Of a stretch of 64,000 bases of DNA, positions 1 to 8,173 are shown in pieces. The position numbers and the translations under genes are program-made. Where the stretch lies: contig CAVXWP010000012.1 in NCBI GenBank assembly GCA_963765495.1, positions 64,001 through 128,000 of the forward strand. The letters run 5' to 3'. The first letter of the stretch is position 1. Each line of letters opens with the position of its first letter. Under the pieces are notes generated by a model that saw only the letters and a program-made list of their open reading frames with translations, made no database searches and was not told where the DNA came from. Origin of the DNA: Blastocatellia bacterium (GTDB lineage Bacteria > Acidobacteriota > Blastocatellia > UBA7656).

Positions 1-1598
1 TGGCCAACCTGATTTCGGCGCACAACGAACGCGCAAAACAGGGGGGCGGAAAGCCTCTGGGCGATGTCGAGATCGCCGTGATAGAGAAGGCCGCGGAAAT
101 AGGCGCGCACCAGCTTTCAGGAGCGGTGCTTGATCCCGTAGCGCTTCGTGAACTCATCCCGGATTTCGAAAAAGACGCGCCGCTTGAAGCGCCTGTGGGC
201 AGCGAAAAGGTGTACTTTTTGACCGAGAGCGGGAAGCTGTCGGCTCCGATGATCCCGCCGCCGCTTCGCAATCACGGCAACTACGTCATATCGCTTAATA
301 AGCTCGTAGTGTGGCTGGCCGGGAAATGCGAAGCGGCGGGCATCAATATCTTTCCTGAATTCCCGGGCTGGGAAATGCTCTACGAGGGCGATCAGGTCAC
401 GGGCGTGCGGACGGGCGACAAGGGTATAGACAAAAACGGGAAGCCAAAACCCAATTTCGAGCCCGGCGTGGACATCCTCGCAAAGGTGACCGTGCTCGGA
501 GAGGGCGTGCGAGGCTCGCTCACCAAACAACTCGTCAATCATCTGGGCCTTGACCGCGAGAGCGAGCCCCAGGTTTATTCGGTCGGCGTCAAAGAACTAT
601 GGGAAATGCCCGATGACAGGTTTGCGGCGGGCTCGGTGATTCACACGCTGGGCTGGCCACTGGATTCGCACACATTCGGCGGGTCGTGGGTTTACGGCAT
701 GCGCGACCGGATCATCGACATAGGGCTCGTGGTCGGTCTCGATTATCGAGACCCGCGAATCGACCCGCATCACGAGTTTCAAAGATTCAAGACCCACCCG
801 CTTGTAAAAGACCTGCTCAAGGGCGGAAAGATGATCCGCTACGGAGCAAAGGCCATGCCCGTGGGCGGCTGGTACACGATGCCGCAGTTGAGCGCGGATG
901 GAGTGATGATTCTGGGCGATTCGGGCGCGATGCTCAACGGCGAGCGGCTCAAGGGGATTCACACGGCGATAAAAGCCGGGATACTTGCCGCCGAGACGAT
1001 TCTGGAGGCTCTTATAGCTGGCGATCACTCGCGCAACAAACTGGGCGCTTTTGATAAGAAGCTGAAAGAGAGCTACGTCGGACGCGAGCTTTATCGCTCG
1101 CGCAATTTCCATCAGGCATTTGATAGAGGCCGTTTCGTTGGGCTTGCCATTTCGGGACTTTCGACCGTTTCGGGCGGGCGCTTCCCGTCGCGGCTTGCGA
1201 TCAAGGCCGGTCATCAGCATATGCGAAAGCTTGCCGATGTTGATGGAGCAGGCGACCGCTACAATGATCTCAAATACGATGATGAGATCACATTTGCCAA
1301 GCTGACCGATGTCTATTATTCGAGCACGCATCACGACGAGGATCAGCCGTCTCATTTAAAGGTGCTCGATACAAACATCTGCGTCGATCGCTGCACAAAG
1401 GAATACGGCAACCCTTGCGAGAATTTCTGCCCGGCAAATGTCTATGAGATGGTCGAGGCCGGAGAGGGCCAGCGAAGGCTTCAGGTGAATTTCTCGAATT
1501 GCGTGCATTGCAAGACGTGCGACATCATGGACCCGTATCAAATCATAAACTGGGTTCCACCCGAAGGCGGCGGCGGGCCGAATTATCGCAACATGTGA
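1..1598 (+). CDS. Electron transfer flavoprotein-ubiquinone oxidoreductase (5'-truncated by window edge)
   Basis: Frame is open from the window start (ANLISAHNE...VEIAVIEK). Has GAHQLSGAVLDP, GDSGAMLNGERLKGIH and C-terminal 4Fe-4S motifs CPANVYE / NCVHCKTCDIMDP typical of ETF-QO. Confidence 0.93.
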   Translation, partial: ANLISAHNERAKQGGGKPLGDVEIAVIEKAAEIGAHQLSGAVLDPVALRELIPDFEKDAPLEAPVGSEKVYFLTESGKLSAPMIPPPLRNHGNYVISLNKLVVWLAGKCEAAGINIFPEFPGWEMLYEGDQVTGVRTGDKGIDKNGKPKPNFEPGVDILAKVTVLGEGVRGSLTKQLVNHLGLDRESEPQVYSVGVKELWEMPDDRFAAGSVIHTLGWPLDSHTFGGSWVYGMRDRIIDIGLVVGLDYRDPRIDPHHEFQRFKTHPLVKDLLKGGKMIRYGAKAMPVGGWYTMPQLSADGVMILGDSGAMLNGERLKGIHTAIKAGILAAETILEALIAGDHSRNKLGAFDKKLKESYVGRELYRSRNFHQAFDRGRFVGLAISGLSTVSGGRFPSRLAIKAGHQHMRKLADVDGAGDRYNDLKYDDEITFAKLTDVYYSSTHHDEDQPSHLKVLDTNICVDRCTKEYGNPCENFCPANVYEMVEAGEGQRRLQVNFSNCVHCKTCDIMDPYQIINWVPPEGGGGPNYRNM

Positions 1599-1653
1599 AA
1601 GGATAAAGGATGAATGCGGCGCATCCAGCGCCGCATTCATCCTTTATCCTTTC
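1597..1653. repeat. Perfect 26-bp inverted repeat (5-nt loop) with AAAGGAT heptamer arms; probable terminator or processing hairpin
   Basis: GAAAGGATAAAGGATGAATGCGGCGC-ATCCA-GCGCCGCATTCATCCTTTATCCTTTC, overlapping the ETF-QO stop codon. Confidence 0.85.
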
Positions 1654-1711
1654 CTCTTCCTTTGCCCTGATTTATGCATTAAATTAAATATAAGGAAATA
1701 CTGAGAGGCTT

Positions 1712-2623
1712 ATGGAACAGTCTATAGAACTCGTGGGAAAGAAATACTGCGTATTTGAGCCGATTGTGCCCCGGATCGAATCCATGCGCGTAGTGCTGGT
1801 GGATGATCTGATCAAAACGGCGGATGATTTTTCGGATGTGGCTCGAAGCGCTCCCGCATTCGATGCCGAAAAATGGGTTCGCCTCGAGCGAAAGATCGCA
1901 TCGCTTGCCATGGGCAATATCGAAAACCATGTTCATAAGCTTGTCAAAAATCCCGATGTCCGCACCGTCCACCTTTCCGAGCTGGACGATGATCTTATAA
2001 ACGATTTCAACCCCGATGCCATCGTGATGAGCGGCACGCTCAGAGACTTCGACTATTACAATCCCGCCTTGATCGAAGCTTTCAATCGCTTTATCCGGCG
2101 CAACAGAGTGCCGGTGCTTGCCATCTGTGGAGGCCATCAGCTTGTCGGTCAGGCTTATGGCGCTACGATTGTCACGCTTGATAAAAAGCTGCCTGCCGAG
2201 CGGAGAGATGATCGCATTTACGAATATCAGTACCGCTTCGTCAAAATAACCGATGCCGATGACCCGATATTTGCCGGGATCGGCGAGCGCAATGACCATC
2301 GCTGGCAGAAATACACAAATCGCCGCCACATGCTGCGCGTTTGGCAAAATCACGGATTGCAACTCGATCACCTGCCCGAAGGATTCAGACAACTGGCCAG
2401 GGGATATCTTTCCGAAGTGCAGATGATGGTGCTTCGAACAAGCGATCAGTTGATTTATGGCGTGCAATTTCATATCGAAAAATCGTTCCAGGATTGGCAA
2501 TACGACAAATATTGGGAGCATCGCAACGAGAGCCGCGACGGACGATTGATATTCGATAATTTCCTGGTCGAAGCTCTGCGCTTCCACGGTAAGCAAGCTC
2601 TTTTACATCAAACCATTCAATAG
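1712..2623 (+). CDS. Stand-alone class I glutamine amidotransferase-like protein (GMP-synthase GATase / gamma-glutamyl hydrolase-like) with N-terminal extension
   Basis: Nucleophile elbow VLAICGGHQ and YGVQFHIE (Cys-His-Glu triad); DAIVMSG motif. Confidence 0.8.
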   Translation: MEQSIELVGKKYCVFEPIVPRIESMRVVLVDDLIKTADDFSDVARSAPAFDAEKWVRLERKIASLAMGNIENHVHKLVKNPDVRTVHLSELDDDLINDFNPDAIVMSGTLRDFDYYNPALIEAFNRFIRRNRVPVLAICGGHQLVGQAYGATIVTLDKKLPAERRDDRIYEYQYRFVKITDADDPIFAGIGERNDHRWQKYTNRRHMLRVWQNHGLQLDHLPEGFRQLARGYLSEVQMMVLRTSDQLIYGVQFHIEKSFQDWQYDKYWEHRNESRDGRLIFDNFLVEALRFHGKQALLHQTIQ

Positions 2624-2684
2624 ATGTCGCGCATCTCTCGCATGGTCTGGTATATCTCGGATACTTCAGTTTTCGGAGGTTTTC

Positions 2685-4247
2685 ATGAAGAGGGTTTTAT
2701 CAGTTATTTTTATGGCATTCATAATCTGCTCATTGGCCGCCGTGACGCTCGCCGGTCAGACACCGAGCGCGCCGCAAGACAAAACGCAACAGGCGACAAC
2801 ACCCGCCGATAAAAAAGATGATAAAAAAGAGGTTAAGAAGGAAGAGGATTGCGGCTGCGAGGCAAAGACTCCGCCCCCCGATGTGCTGGCCGAGGTCAAC
2901 GGCGTAAAAATCTCTATCAAGGACGTGGACGAGGCCATCAGGAGTCAGGTCGAGGAGCTTCAAAAGCAGGTGATCGAGGCGCGCCAGCAGGAACTCAATG
3001 TACTGATCAATTCGAAGCTGCTCGACGCGGAGGCGAAAAAGCGCGGCACGACGGCTGACGAGATGATCAAAACCGAAATCGTCGCGAAGATAACGGAACC
3101 GACCGAAGCCGAGGCGCAGGCATTCTATAATCAGAATAAGAGTCAGATTCAGGGCGAGTTTGCCGAGGTGAAGGGGCAAATAATCAACTACCTTCGCGGA
3201 TTGAAAGAACAGGAACTCGGCAGCAAGCTTGCCCAGCAATTACGCGCCGCTGCGGATGTAAAAGTCCTTGTCGAAGACGTTTTGCCGCCTGTGAGCGAAG
3301 CCGACCGCGCCCGCGTACTTGCCACCATAAACGGCGCGCCGATCACTTCGGGCGAGGTTGAAGATTCGCTAAAACCGATAATCGCCGAAGTGCAGGAGCA
3401 AATTTATACCCTGCGGCAGAGACAGGTGGAACTGCGCATAAACGATATGCTGCTCGAAGCCGAGGCGAAGAAACGCAATGTCACCGGGCAGGCCCTTTTT
3501 GAATCTGAGGTCTTGCCAAAGACAAAAAAAGTGACCGAAGAAGAGGCGCAGGTTTTTTATACGCAGAACAAAGAGAAGATCAACGGCGAGTATGCTCAGT
3601 TAAAAGACCAGATCATCAAATACTTGCAGGAGATCGAACAGGACAAGGCTGAAACGGCCTTTGCCGATCAACTCCGCAAAGGGGCAAAGGTCCAGATATT
3701 TTTGACCCCGCCCGACCCGCCCGCCTATCAGATAGCCATAGACGATCAACCCTGGAAGGGTGGAGCCAATGCTCCCGTCACAATAGTAGAGTTCACCGAC
3801 TATGAATGCCCTAGTTGCGCCTTTAGCCAGCCCGCGCTCGATGAGGTGGTAAAGGAGTTTGGCGACAAGGTAAAGCTCGTAGCGCGCGATTATCCGCTCA
3901 GCATGCACGCGCATGCGGCGAAAGCCGCCGAGGCCGCCGAAGCCGCCCGCGAACAGGGCAAATACTGGGAATACACGGCTCTTCTGTTTCAGAACCAGGG
4001 CAAGCTTGAGATCGAAAACCTGAAACAGTATGCGACCCAGTTGCAACTGGATAGAAAAAAATTCGACGAGGCGCTCGATTCCGGCAAGTTTGCCGATAAG
4101 GTGCAGCGAGACCTACAGGACGGCTACAAGATAGGAGTCAATTCGACGCCTTCGGTATTCATCAACGGCAAGCGCGTCAGAGACAGGACAAAAGAAAGCC
4201 TGAAAGCAGCCATAGAAGCCGCTCTCAAGGAATTAGCCAAGAAATAA
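2685..4247 (+). CDS. Secreted DsbA/thioredoxin-fold protein with two SurA-N-like helical repeats
   Basis: Signal peptide; two repeats starting LAEVNG / LATING; C-terminal PVTIVEFTDYECPSC...GVNSTPSVFING DsbA motif. Confidence 0.88.
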   Translation: MKRVLSVIFMAFIICSLAAVTLAGQTPSAPQDKTQQATTPADKKDDKKEVKKEEDCGCEAKTPPPDVLAEVNGVKISIKDVDEAIRSQVEELQKQVIEARQQELNVLINSKLLDAEAKKRGTTADEMIKTEIVAKITEPTEAEAQAFYNQNKSQIQGEFAEVKGQIINYLRGLKEQELGSKLAQQLRAAADVKVLVEDVLPPVSEADRARVLATINGAPITSGEVEDSLKPIIAEVQEQIYTLRQRQVELRINDMLLEAEAKKRNVTGQALFESEVLPKTKKVTEEEAQVFYTQNKEKINGEYAQLKDQIIKYLQEIEQDKAETAFADQLRKGAKVQIFLTPPDPPAYQIAIDDQPWKGGANAPVTIVEFTDYECPSCAFSQPALDEVVKEFGDKVKLVARDYPLSMHAHAAKAAEAAEAAREQGKYWEYTALLFQNQGKLEIENLKQYATQLQLDRKKFDEALDSGKFADKVQRDLQDGYKIGVNSTPSVFINGKRVRDRTKESLKAAIEAALKELAKK

Positions 4248-4284
4248 GCCGTAGAATAAACTTTGACATCGCTTTCTTACTATT

Positions 4285-4312
4285 TTGCAGTCTCAGCGCA
4301 ATGTTCTATAAT
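4285..4312 (+). promoter_or_regulatory. Putative sigma70 promoter for tRNA-Leu
   Basis: TTGCAG-N16-TATAAT, ending 15 nt before the tRNA 5' end. Confidence 0.55.
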
Positions 4313-4327
4313 TGCCTGACGTGATTT

Positions 4328-4639
4328 GCCGGGGTGGTGGAATGGCAGACACAGAGGACTTAGTTGTTTGAGCACGTCGAATGGAAACACCGGCGTGAAT
4401 GGAGTCAAACTCGGTGAACCCTTAACAGGTAGGGCTGATGGCAACGCCGAGCTAAGGTCGGTAACACGCAGGCCGACAAAGTGTAGAGACGAGACGGCTC
4501 CCTCCTAAACATCCCTCGTGATGCACGGAGAAGGCATCGTCCAGACCACAAACTGCGATCAGGGCAGGTAGCGAAAGCTATAGTGGTAAGAAAATCCTCT
4601 GGGCGCAAGCCCGTGCGGGTTCGAGTCCCGCCCTCGGTA
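4328..4639 (+). tRNA. tRNA-Leu(UAA), intron-containing (exon 1 4328-4361, exon 2 4591-4639); CCA not encoded
   Basis: Exon 1 GCCGGGGTGGTGGAATGGCAGACACAGAGGACTT joined to exon 2 AAAATCCTCTGGGCGCAAGCCCGTGCGGGTTCGAGTCCCGCCCTCGGTA gives an acceptor stem, anticodon stem GAGGA/TCCTC with loop CTTAAAA, a long variable arm, T-loop TTCGAGT and discriminator A. Confidence 0.96.
4362..4590 (+). ncRNA. Group I self-splicing intron (IC3-like), 229 nt, no homing endonuclease ORF
   Basis: P1 CTTA/TGAG with U.G at the 5' splice site; P2 with GAAA loop; P3 GGAGTC/GGCTCC; P4 CTCGGTG/CGCCGAG; R element GTAGAGACGAGA; S element AAGGCATCGTCC; terminal G at 4590. Confidence 0.95.
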
Positions 4640-4723
4640 TCCTTTATGCGATCCGGCACTCTCGCTCCGGGTCGCATCATCGCTCTTGCGACCTTCCCGC
4701 CCAAAACCATATAACTTCTCAGG

Positions 4724-6022
4724 ATGAAAAAGCGCGCTCGTCTATTACTGGCAATCGTACTTGCAATCGCGGTCGCGCTCCTGGGCCTCGTCTTTATCCG
4801 CAAATTGATAGATTTTCCGGTCTATTACAGAGCCGGGCGCTCGCTCATCGAAGGCCGCACGGACCTTTACGCGGTGGATTTCGCGCTGGGCCGCGTGATG
4901 GATTACAGATATCCTTCCTTTTTTCTCATAGCCCTATATCCTCTGTGGCTTTTGCCTTACGGCGTGGCCGCCTATCTTTGGTATCTGTTTTCCGTCTCCC
5001 AGATTGCCGCATCCGTTACTGCGCTCAACCGCGTGGTCGCTCCCTACAGACCGTCGAAAACCGTGTGGATCGTTTCCGGTTTTGCCGTGGCTGAGTACTT
5101 CGTGATGATACTGCATTACGGCAACGCGCATCTTCTGGCCGTCTCGTTGCTGTTTGTCTCTTTCTATCTGGCCGGGCGGCGCAAGACTGTATGGGCGGCG
5201 CTTTTGATGGCGCTCTCGATTACGATAAAGCTGACTCCCGTATTGCTGCTTCCCTACTTTGCCCTGAAGAAACAATGGAAATTCCTTGGGCTTGTCGGCG
5301 CGTTTCTGGTGGCAGTCAACCTCGTGCCTGCCGCATATTTCGGTTTTGGTCAGAACGCCCGGCTGCTCGGACAGTGGTACGAGAAAGTAATCGCAGAGCA
5401 GGAATTCCACGAAACGAACGGCCCCATAAACCTGTCGCTCAAAGGGCAGCTCAGACGTTGCTTCACCGATGTGGACTACGCCGAAAGAGTTGATGGAGAC
5501 ACCCGCTATCCGGCGGTGAATGTCGCGTCTTTCACTTTCGAGCAAACGGATAGAGTCTGGATAGCCGTTTCAGCCTGTCTGTATCTTTTCGTCCTTGCGT
5601 TGATCTGGCGAAGATCGCGCTTTAGCGGAGACCGTACAGGCGATAGCGTAAGACTCGACCCCGTCGAATTTGGCTTGATGATTTGCCTGATGTTGTTTGT
5701 CGGACCGCTTACTTCAAAAATTTACTTCATAGCCTTGTTGTGGCCTGTGGTCTACCTTGCCGTCTTCGCATTCAAGGGCTCTGCCGCAGAAGCGAGGTGG
5801 GGAAAGCTCGTTTTGACGGTTGTATTGGTTGCTAATGTAGTCTTGCCTTTGCTGCCCGGGCGTTCAACTCAGCGGCTGCTTCTTGTGCTGGGGGTTGATT
5901 TTTATCTAAACGCTCTATTGTTTGCATCGCTGATTTATCTGGCTCGGTCTCGGTCGTGGGCGCTTCAAGCGTCAGGCGGCGAATTGCAAACACAAGCCCT
6001 GCCATCAACCAGAACGCCATGA
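4724..6022 (+). CDS. Glycosyltransferase family 87 (DUF2029) membrane protein
   Basis: DFPVYY, YRYPS, HYGNAHLL and SITIKLTPVLLLPYF motifs; many TM helices. Confidence 0.82.
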   Translation: MKKRARLLLAIVLAIAVALLGLVFIRKLIDFPVYYRAGRSLIEGRTDLYAVDFALGRVMDYRYPSFFLIALYPLWLLPYGVAAYLWYLFSVSQIAASVTALNRVVAPYRPSKTVWIVSGFAVAEYFVMILHYGNAHLLAVSLLFVSFYLAGRRKTVWAALLMALSITIKLTPVLLLPYFALKKQWKFLGLVGAFLVAVNLVPAAYFGFGQNARLLGQWYEKVIAEQEFHETNGPINLSLKGQLRRCFTDVDYAERVDGDTRYPAVNVASFTFEQTDRVWIAVSACLYLFVLALIWRRSRFSGDRTGDSVRLDPVEFGLMICLMLFVGPLTSKIYFIALLWPVVYLAVFAFKGSAAEARWGKLVLTVVLVANVVLPLLPGRSTQRLLLVLGVDFYLNALLFASLIYLARSRSWALQASGGELQTQALPSTRTP

Positions 6023-7451
6023 CCACTTCTCCATCGCCAAAATTGAAGTGGACAAGCGAACTCAGGTTGAACGCTGTGATCGCGCCTATCCCGCCCAAAA
6101 CTACGCCCCAATCCTGCCATCTGCCCTCAGCGCGCAATCGCTTGCTCAATTTCCAACTCTCGAAGAGGAGGATAGCCATCATAGCGAAATAAAAAGCAAG
6201 CGCGGGCAGCCCCCACCACGTAGCGATTTGAACAGGGGTCGAGTGAAAATGGCCCTGAGGCAATCTTCCATTATCGAACAGCCCGAGTTTTTCTTTGAGA
6301 ATACCCTCGCTTCCCTTGCCTATTCCGACCACGGGATTGTTTTTTATCAATCCCATAGCCTCGCCCCATACCTCTATCCTGTAGGCCGTGCTTCCTTCGT
6401 TTGGGTTGAATATCTGCGAGCCGCGCGAGTGTTCGAGCGCCAGAATTGCAGCCGGGACCAGTAATAACAGACCCAGGACGGCGGCGATCATCGTTCGGCG
6501 GCGAAGGCTTATGACGGCCATAACCATTGTGGCAAGTCCCAGCCCCGCCATCGCCGCTCGCGTGGATGTCAAGACGAGTGCCGCCGTTATCAGGATGATC
6601 GAGACTCCGAGGAAAAGAGACCTGGCCGATCTCTTGTCGGGCTGCGCAATCAAAAGACCTATGGCCAGAGACGCTATAATCTGAAGCACTTCGGCATAGG
6701 TTTCATAGTGGCTGTATAGACCCGTGATGCGAAAGCTCCTGCCCGGAGAAGCGGTCAGCCCCAATCGCTCGACGCCTTCGAGAGGTAATTTCTTGATGGC
6801 CCGCCTCGACACCGAAGCCTGATTGACGGCCTCATCTTTCTGGTAAGTGATCGTTATCCTTCCGCGTTGAGCATCGACGGCAGCCGACAGATCTTCAAGT
6901 GTGGCGATACTCTTTCCATCCGCCTCGGTGATTACGTCGCCGACCTGCAAACCGGCTCTGGCAAACGGCCCGTGCGGGGTCAGGCTGTCTATCCTGAGCC
7001 CCCTTCCAACGGCAAGCTGCCCGGCGCTGTAAGCCACGTTAAACAGACACGACGCCACGATTGCCACCGCAAGCATTCGCGCAAACTTCAGGCTTGTAAC
7101 TTTATTGCTGACAAAATAAAAGGCGAGAAAAAAGGCTGGGCTTCTCAACCCCTTGATGCTCGTATAAGGATCGTATGAGAGAAAGGATGAGATGACGGCG
7201 CAGGCGAAAAATCCGAGAAGCGCTATGTCGAGCGGGGATTTCTTCAGAGGGAATCGCCTGGTTGCAACCATTTGCACGGCCCAGGCCAGAAGCCCCAGCA
7301 AGAAACTGCCCTGAGTTATGGCTATCGAGTGCGGCGCAAACAGCGCATACATTACCAGCGAAAATATGATTATTGATTCGGTAATCCGATAAATTCGCTG
7401 ATTGCCAATTTCAGGTGGGGGGGAAGCGGTGTTATTTGTCAATCTATTCAA
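5832..7451 (-). CDS. O-antigen ligase/Wzy_C family protein with inserted PDZ domain
   Basis: Multi-TM; LTSTRAA, RIEVW...NPVVGIG and HFHSTPVQ motifs; PDZ-like segment PFARAGLQVGDVITEADG. Confidence 0.85.
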   Translation of the reverse strand: MNRLTNNTASPPPEIGNQRIYRITESIIIFSLVMYALFAPHSIAITQGSFLLGLLAWAVQMVATRRFPLKKSPLDIALLGFFACAVISSFLSYDPYTSIKGLRSPAFFLAFYFVSNKVTSLKFARMLAVAIVASCLFNVAYSAGQLAVGRGLRIDSLTPHGPFARAGLQVGDVITEADGKSIATLEDLSAAVDAQRGRITITYQKDEAVNQASVSRRAIKKLPLEGVERLGLTASPGRSFRITGLYSHYETYAEVLQIIASLAIGLLIAQPDKRSARSLFLGVSIILITAALVLTSTRAAMAGLGLATMVMAVISLRRRTMIAAVLGLLLLVPAAILALEHSRGSQIFNPNEGSTAYRIEVWGEAMGLIKNNPVVGIGKGSEGILKEKLGLFDNGRLPQGHFHSTPVQIATWWGLPALAFYFAMMAILLFESWKLSKRLRAEGRWQDWGVVLGGIGAITAFNLSSLVHFNFGDGEVVMAFWLMAGLVFAIRRLTLEAPTTETEPDKSAMQTIERLDKNQPPAQEAAAELNARAAKARLH

Positions 7452-7539
7452 CCTCTATAATCCATATCGTGGCAACCATTCTCAAACCTTGTAAGGAAGA
7501 CCTATTTTATGTTGCGCTCATCCGCAAATCAATCCCGCA

Positions 7540-7615
7540 ACAGGGTTTACAGGATGGCGGAGGATTGAGAAGATTTCTAGCCCTGTCAATTCTCCATCAT
7601 CTTGTAAACCCCGTC
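7540..7615. repeat. Imperfect palindromic intergenic repeat (ACAGGRTTTACAGGATG...CATCYTGTAAACCC type)
   Basis: Inverted arms are visible; a related element lies at 17031-17092. Confidence 0.6.
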
Positions 7616-7616
7616 T

Positions 7617-7657
7617 AAAAAAACGCAACCATGAGACACTGATGTCTCATGGTTGCG
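7617..7657 (-). terminator. Rho-independent terminator
   Basis: 15-bp stem CGCAACCATGAGACA/TGTCTCATGGTTGCG followed by a T-run on the minus strand, downstream of the small gene at 7761-7982. Confidence 0.8.
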
Positions 7658-7726
7658 CATAGTAAAGCCCCTGTTGCCCGGATGGTTCCGAGCAGACTGT
7701 AACTATATAGGCAGCCGGATAGTGAG

Positions 7727-7765
7727 CTTTCTGCTCAGTCTTTCTGCTCAGTCTTTCTGCTCAGT
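7727..7765. repeat. Tandem repeat CTTTCTGCTCAGT x3
   Basis: Three exact 13-mers; the third contains the stop codon of the 7761-7982 gene. Confidence 0.9.
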
Positions 7766-7982
7766 GGCTTTTTTCTCCGCCCTTGCGACTCGACTCGTGA
7801 GTGTCCTTGTGCCCGCGACCGCTGCCGGATTTATTGCCGCCGCCGGATTCCTTGTTGACCGTAGCCCAGCCACGGCTTTTGGCCTCTTTTTCTGATACGC
7901 CGCGATCTTCGTAGCCCTCGGCTATGTGCTCGGCCTGGCGTTTCTGCTTGTCTGTGTATTTATCTTTATCTCCTCTTGGCAT
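7761..7982 (-). CDS. Small hydrophilic stress-associated protein (family often annotated 'plasmid stabilization protein')
   Basis: MPRGDKDKYTDKQKRQAEHI...WATVNKESGGG is a recognisable conserved family; start reassigned to the ATG at 7982. Confidence 0.8.
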   Translation of the reverse strand: MPRGDKDKYTDKQKRQAEHIAEGYEDRGVSEKEAKSRGWATVNKESGGGNKSGSGRGHKDTHESSRKGGEKSH

Positions 7983-8065
7983 CTTTTCTTGCTCCTTTCC
8001 TTTTCCCCTCTTGCTCGTAGTGTCGCTGTTCCCAACTATTCGTATGAATAGCCATAATTCTCGAT

Positions 8066-8081
8066 TGCAATTCCAATGCCG
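8066..8081 (-). promoter_or_regulatory. Putative sigma54 (-24/-12) promoter
   Basis: Minus strand CGGCAT-TGGAA-TTGCA (GG-N10-GC) upstream of the 7982 start. Confidence 0.55.
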
Positions 8082-8173
8082 AAAGCAAATTAAGAACGAT
8101 GACGCCCGCCGGGAAAGGAGTTTGCTTGAGCATTTCGGCCCGATAGGCAATTATCTACAGTTGAGGAGCATTG

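Noticed and set aside
4328-4365. tRNA-Leu(UAG) reading from the unspliced CTTAG
   Set aside because: The anticodon stem closes only after removing 4362-4590, which gives loop CTTAAAA.
4326-4803. ORFs 4326..4508 (+) and 4405..4803 (-) over the tRNA/intron, considered as a possible homing endonuclease
   Set aside because: Short, with no LAGLIDADG, HNH or GIY-YIG motif; shadows of the RNA gene.
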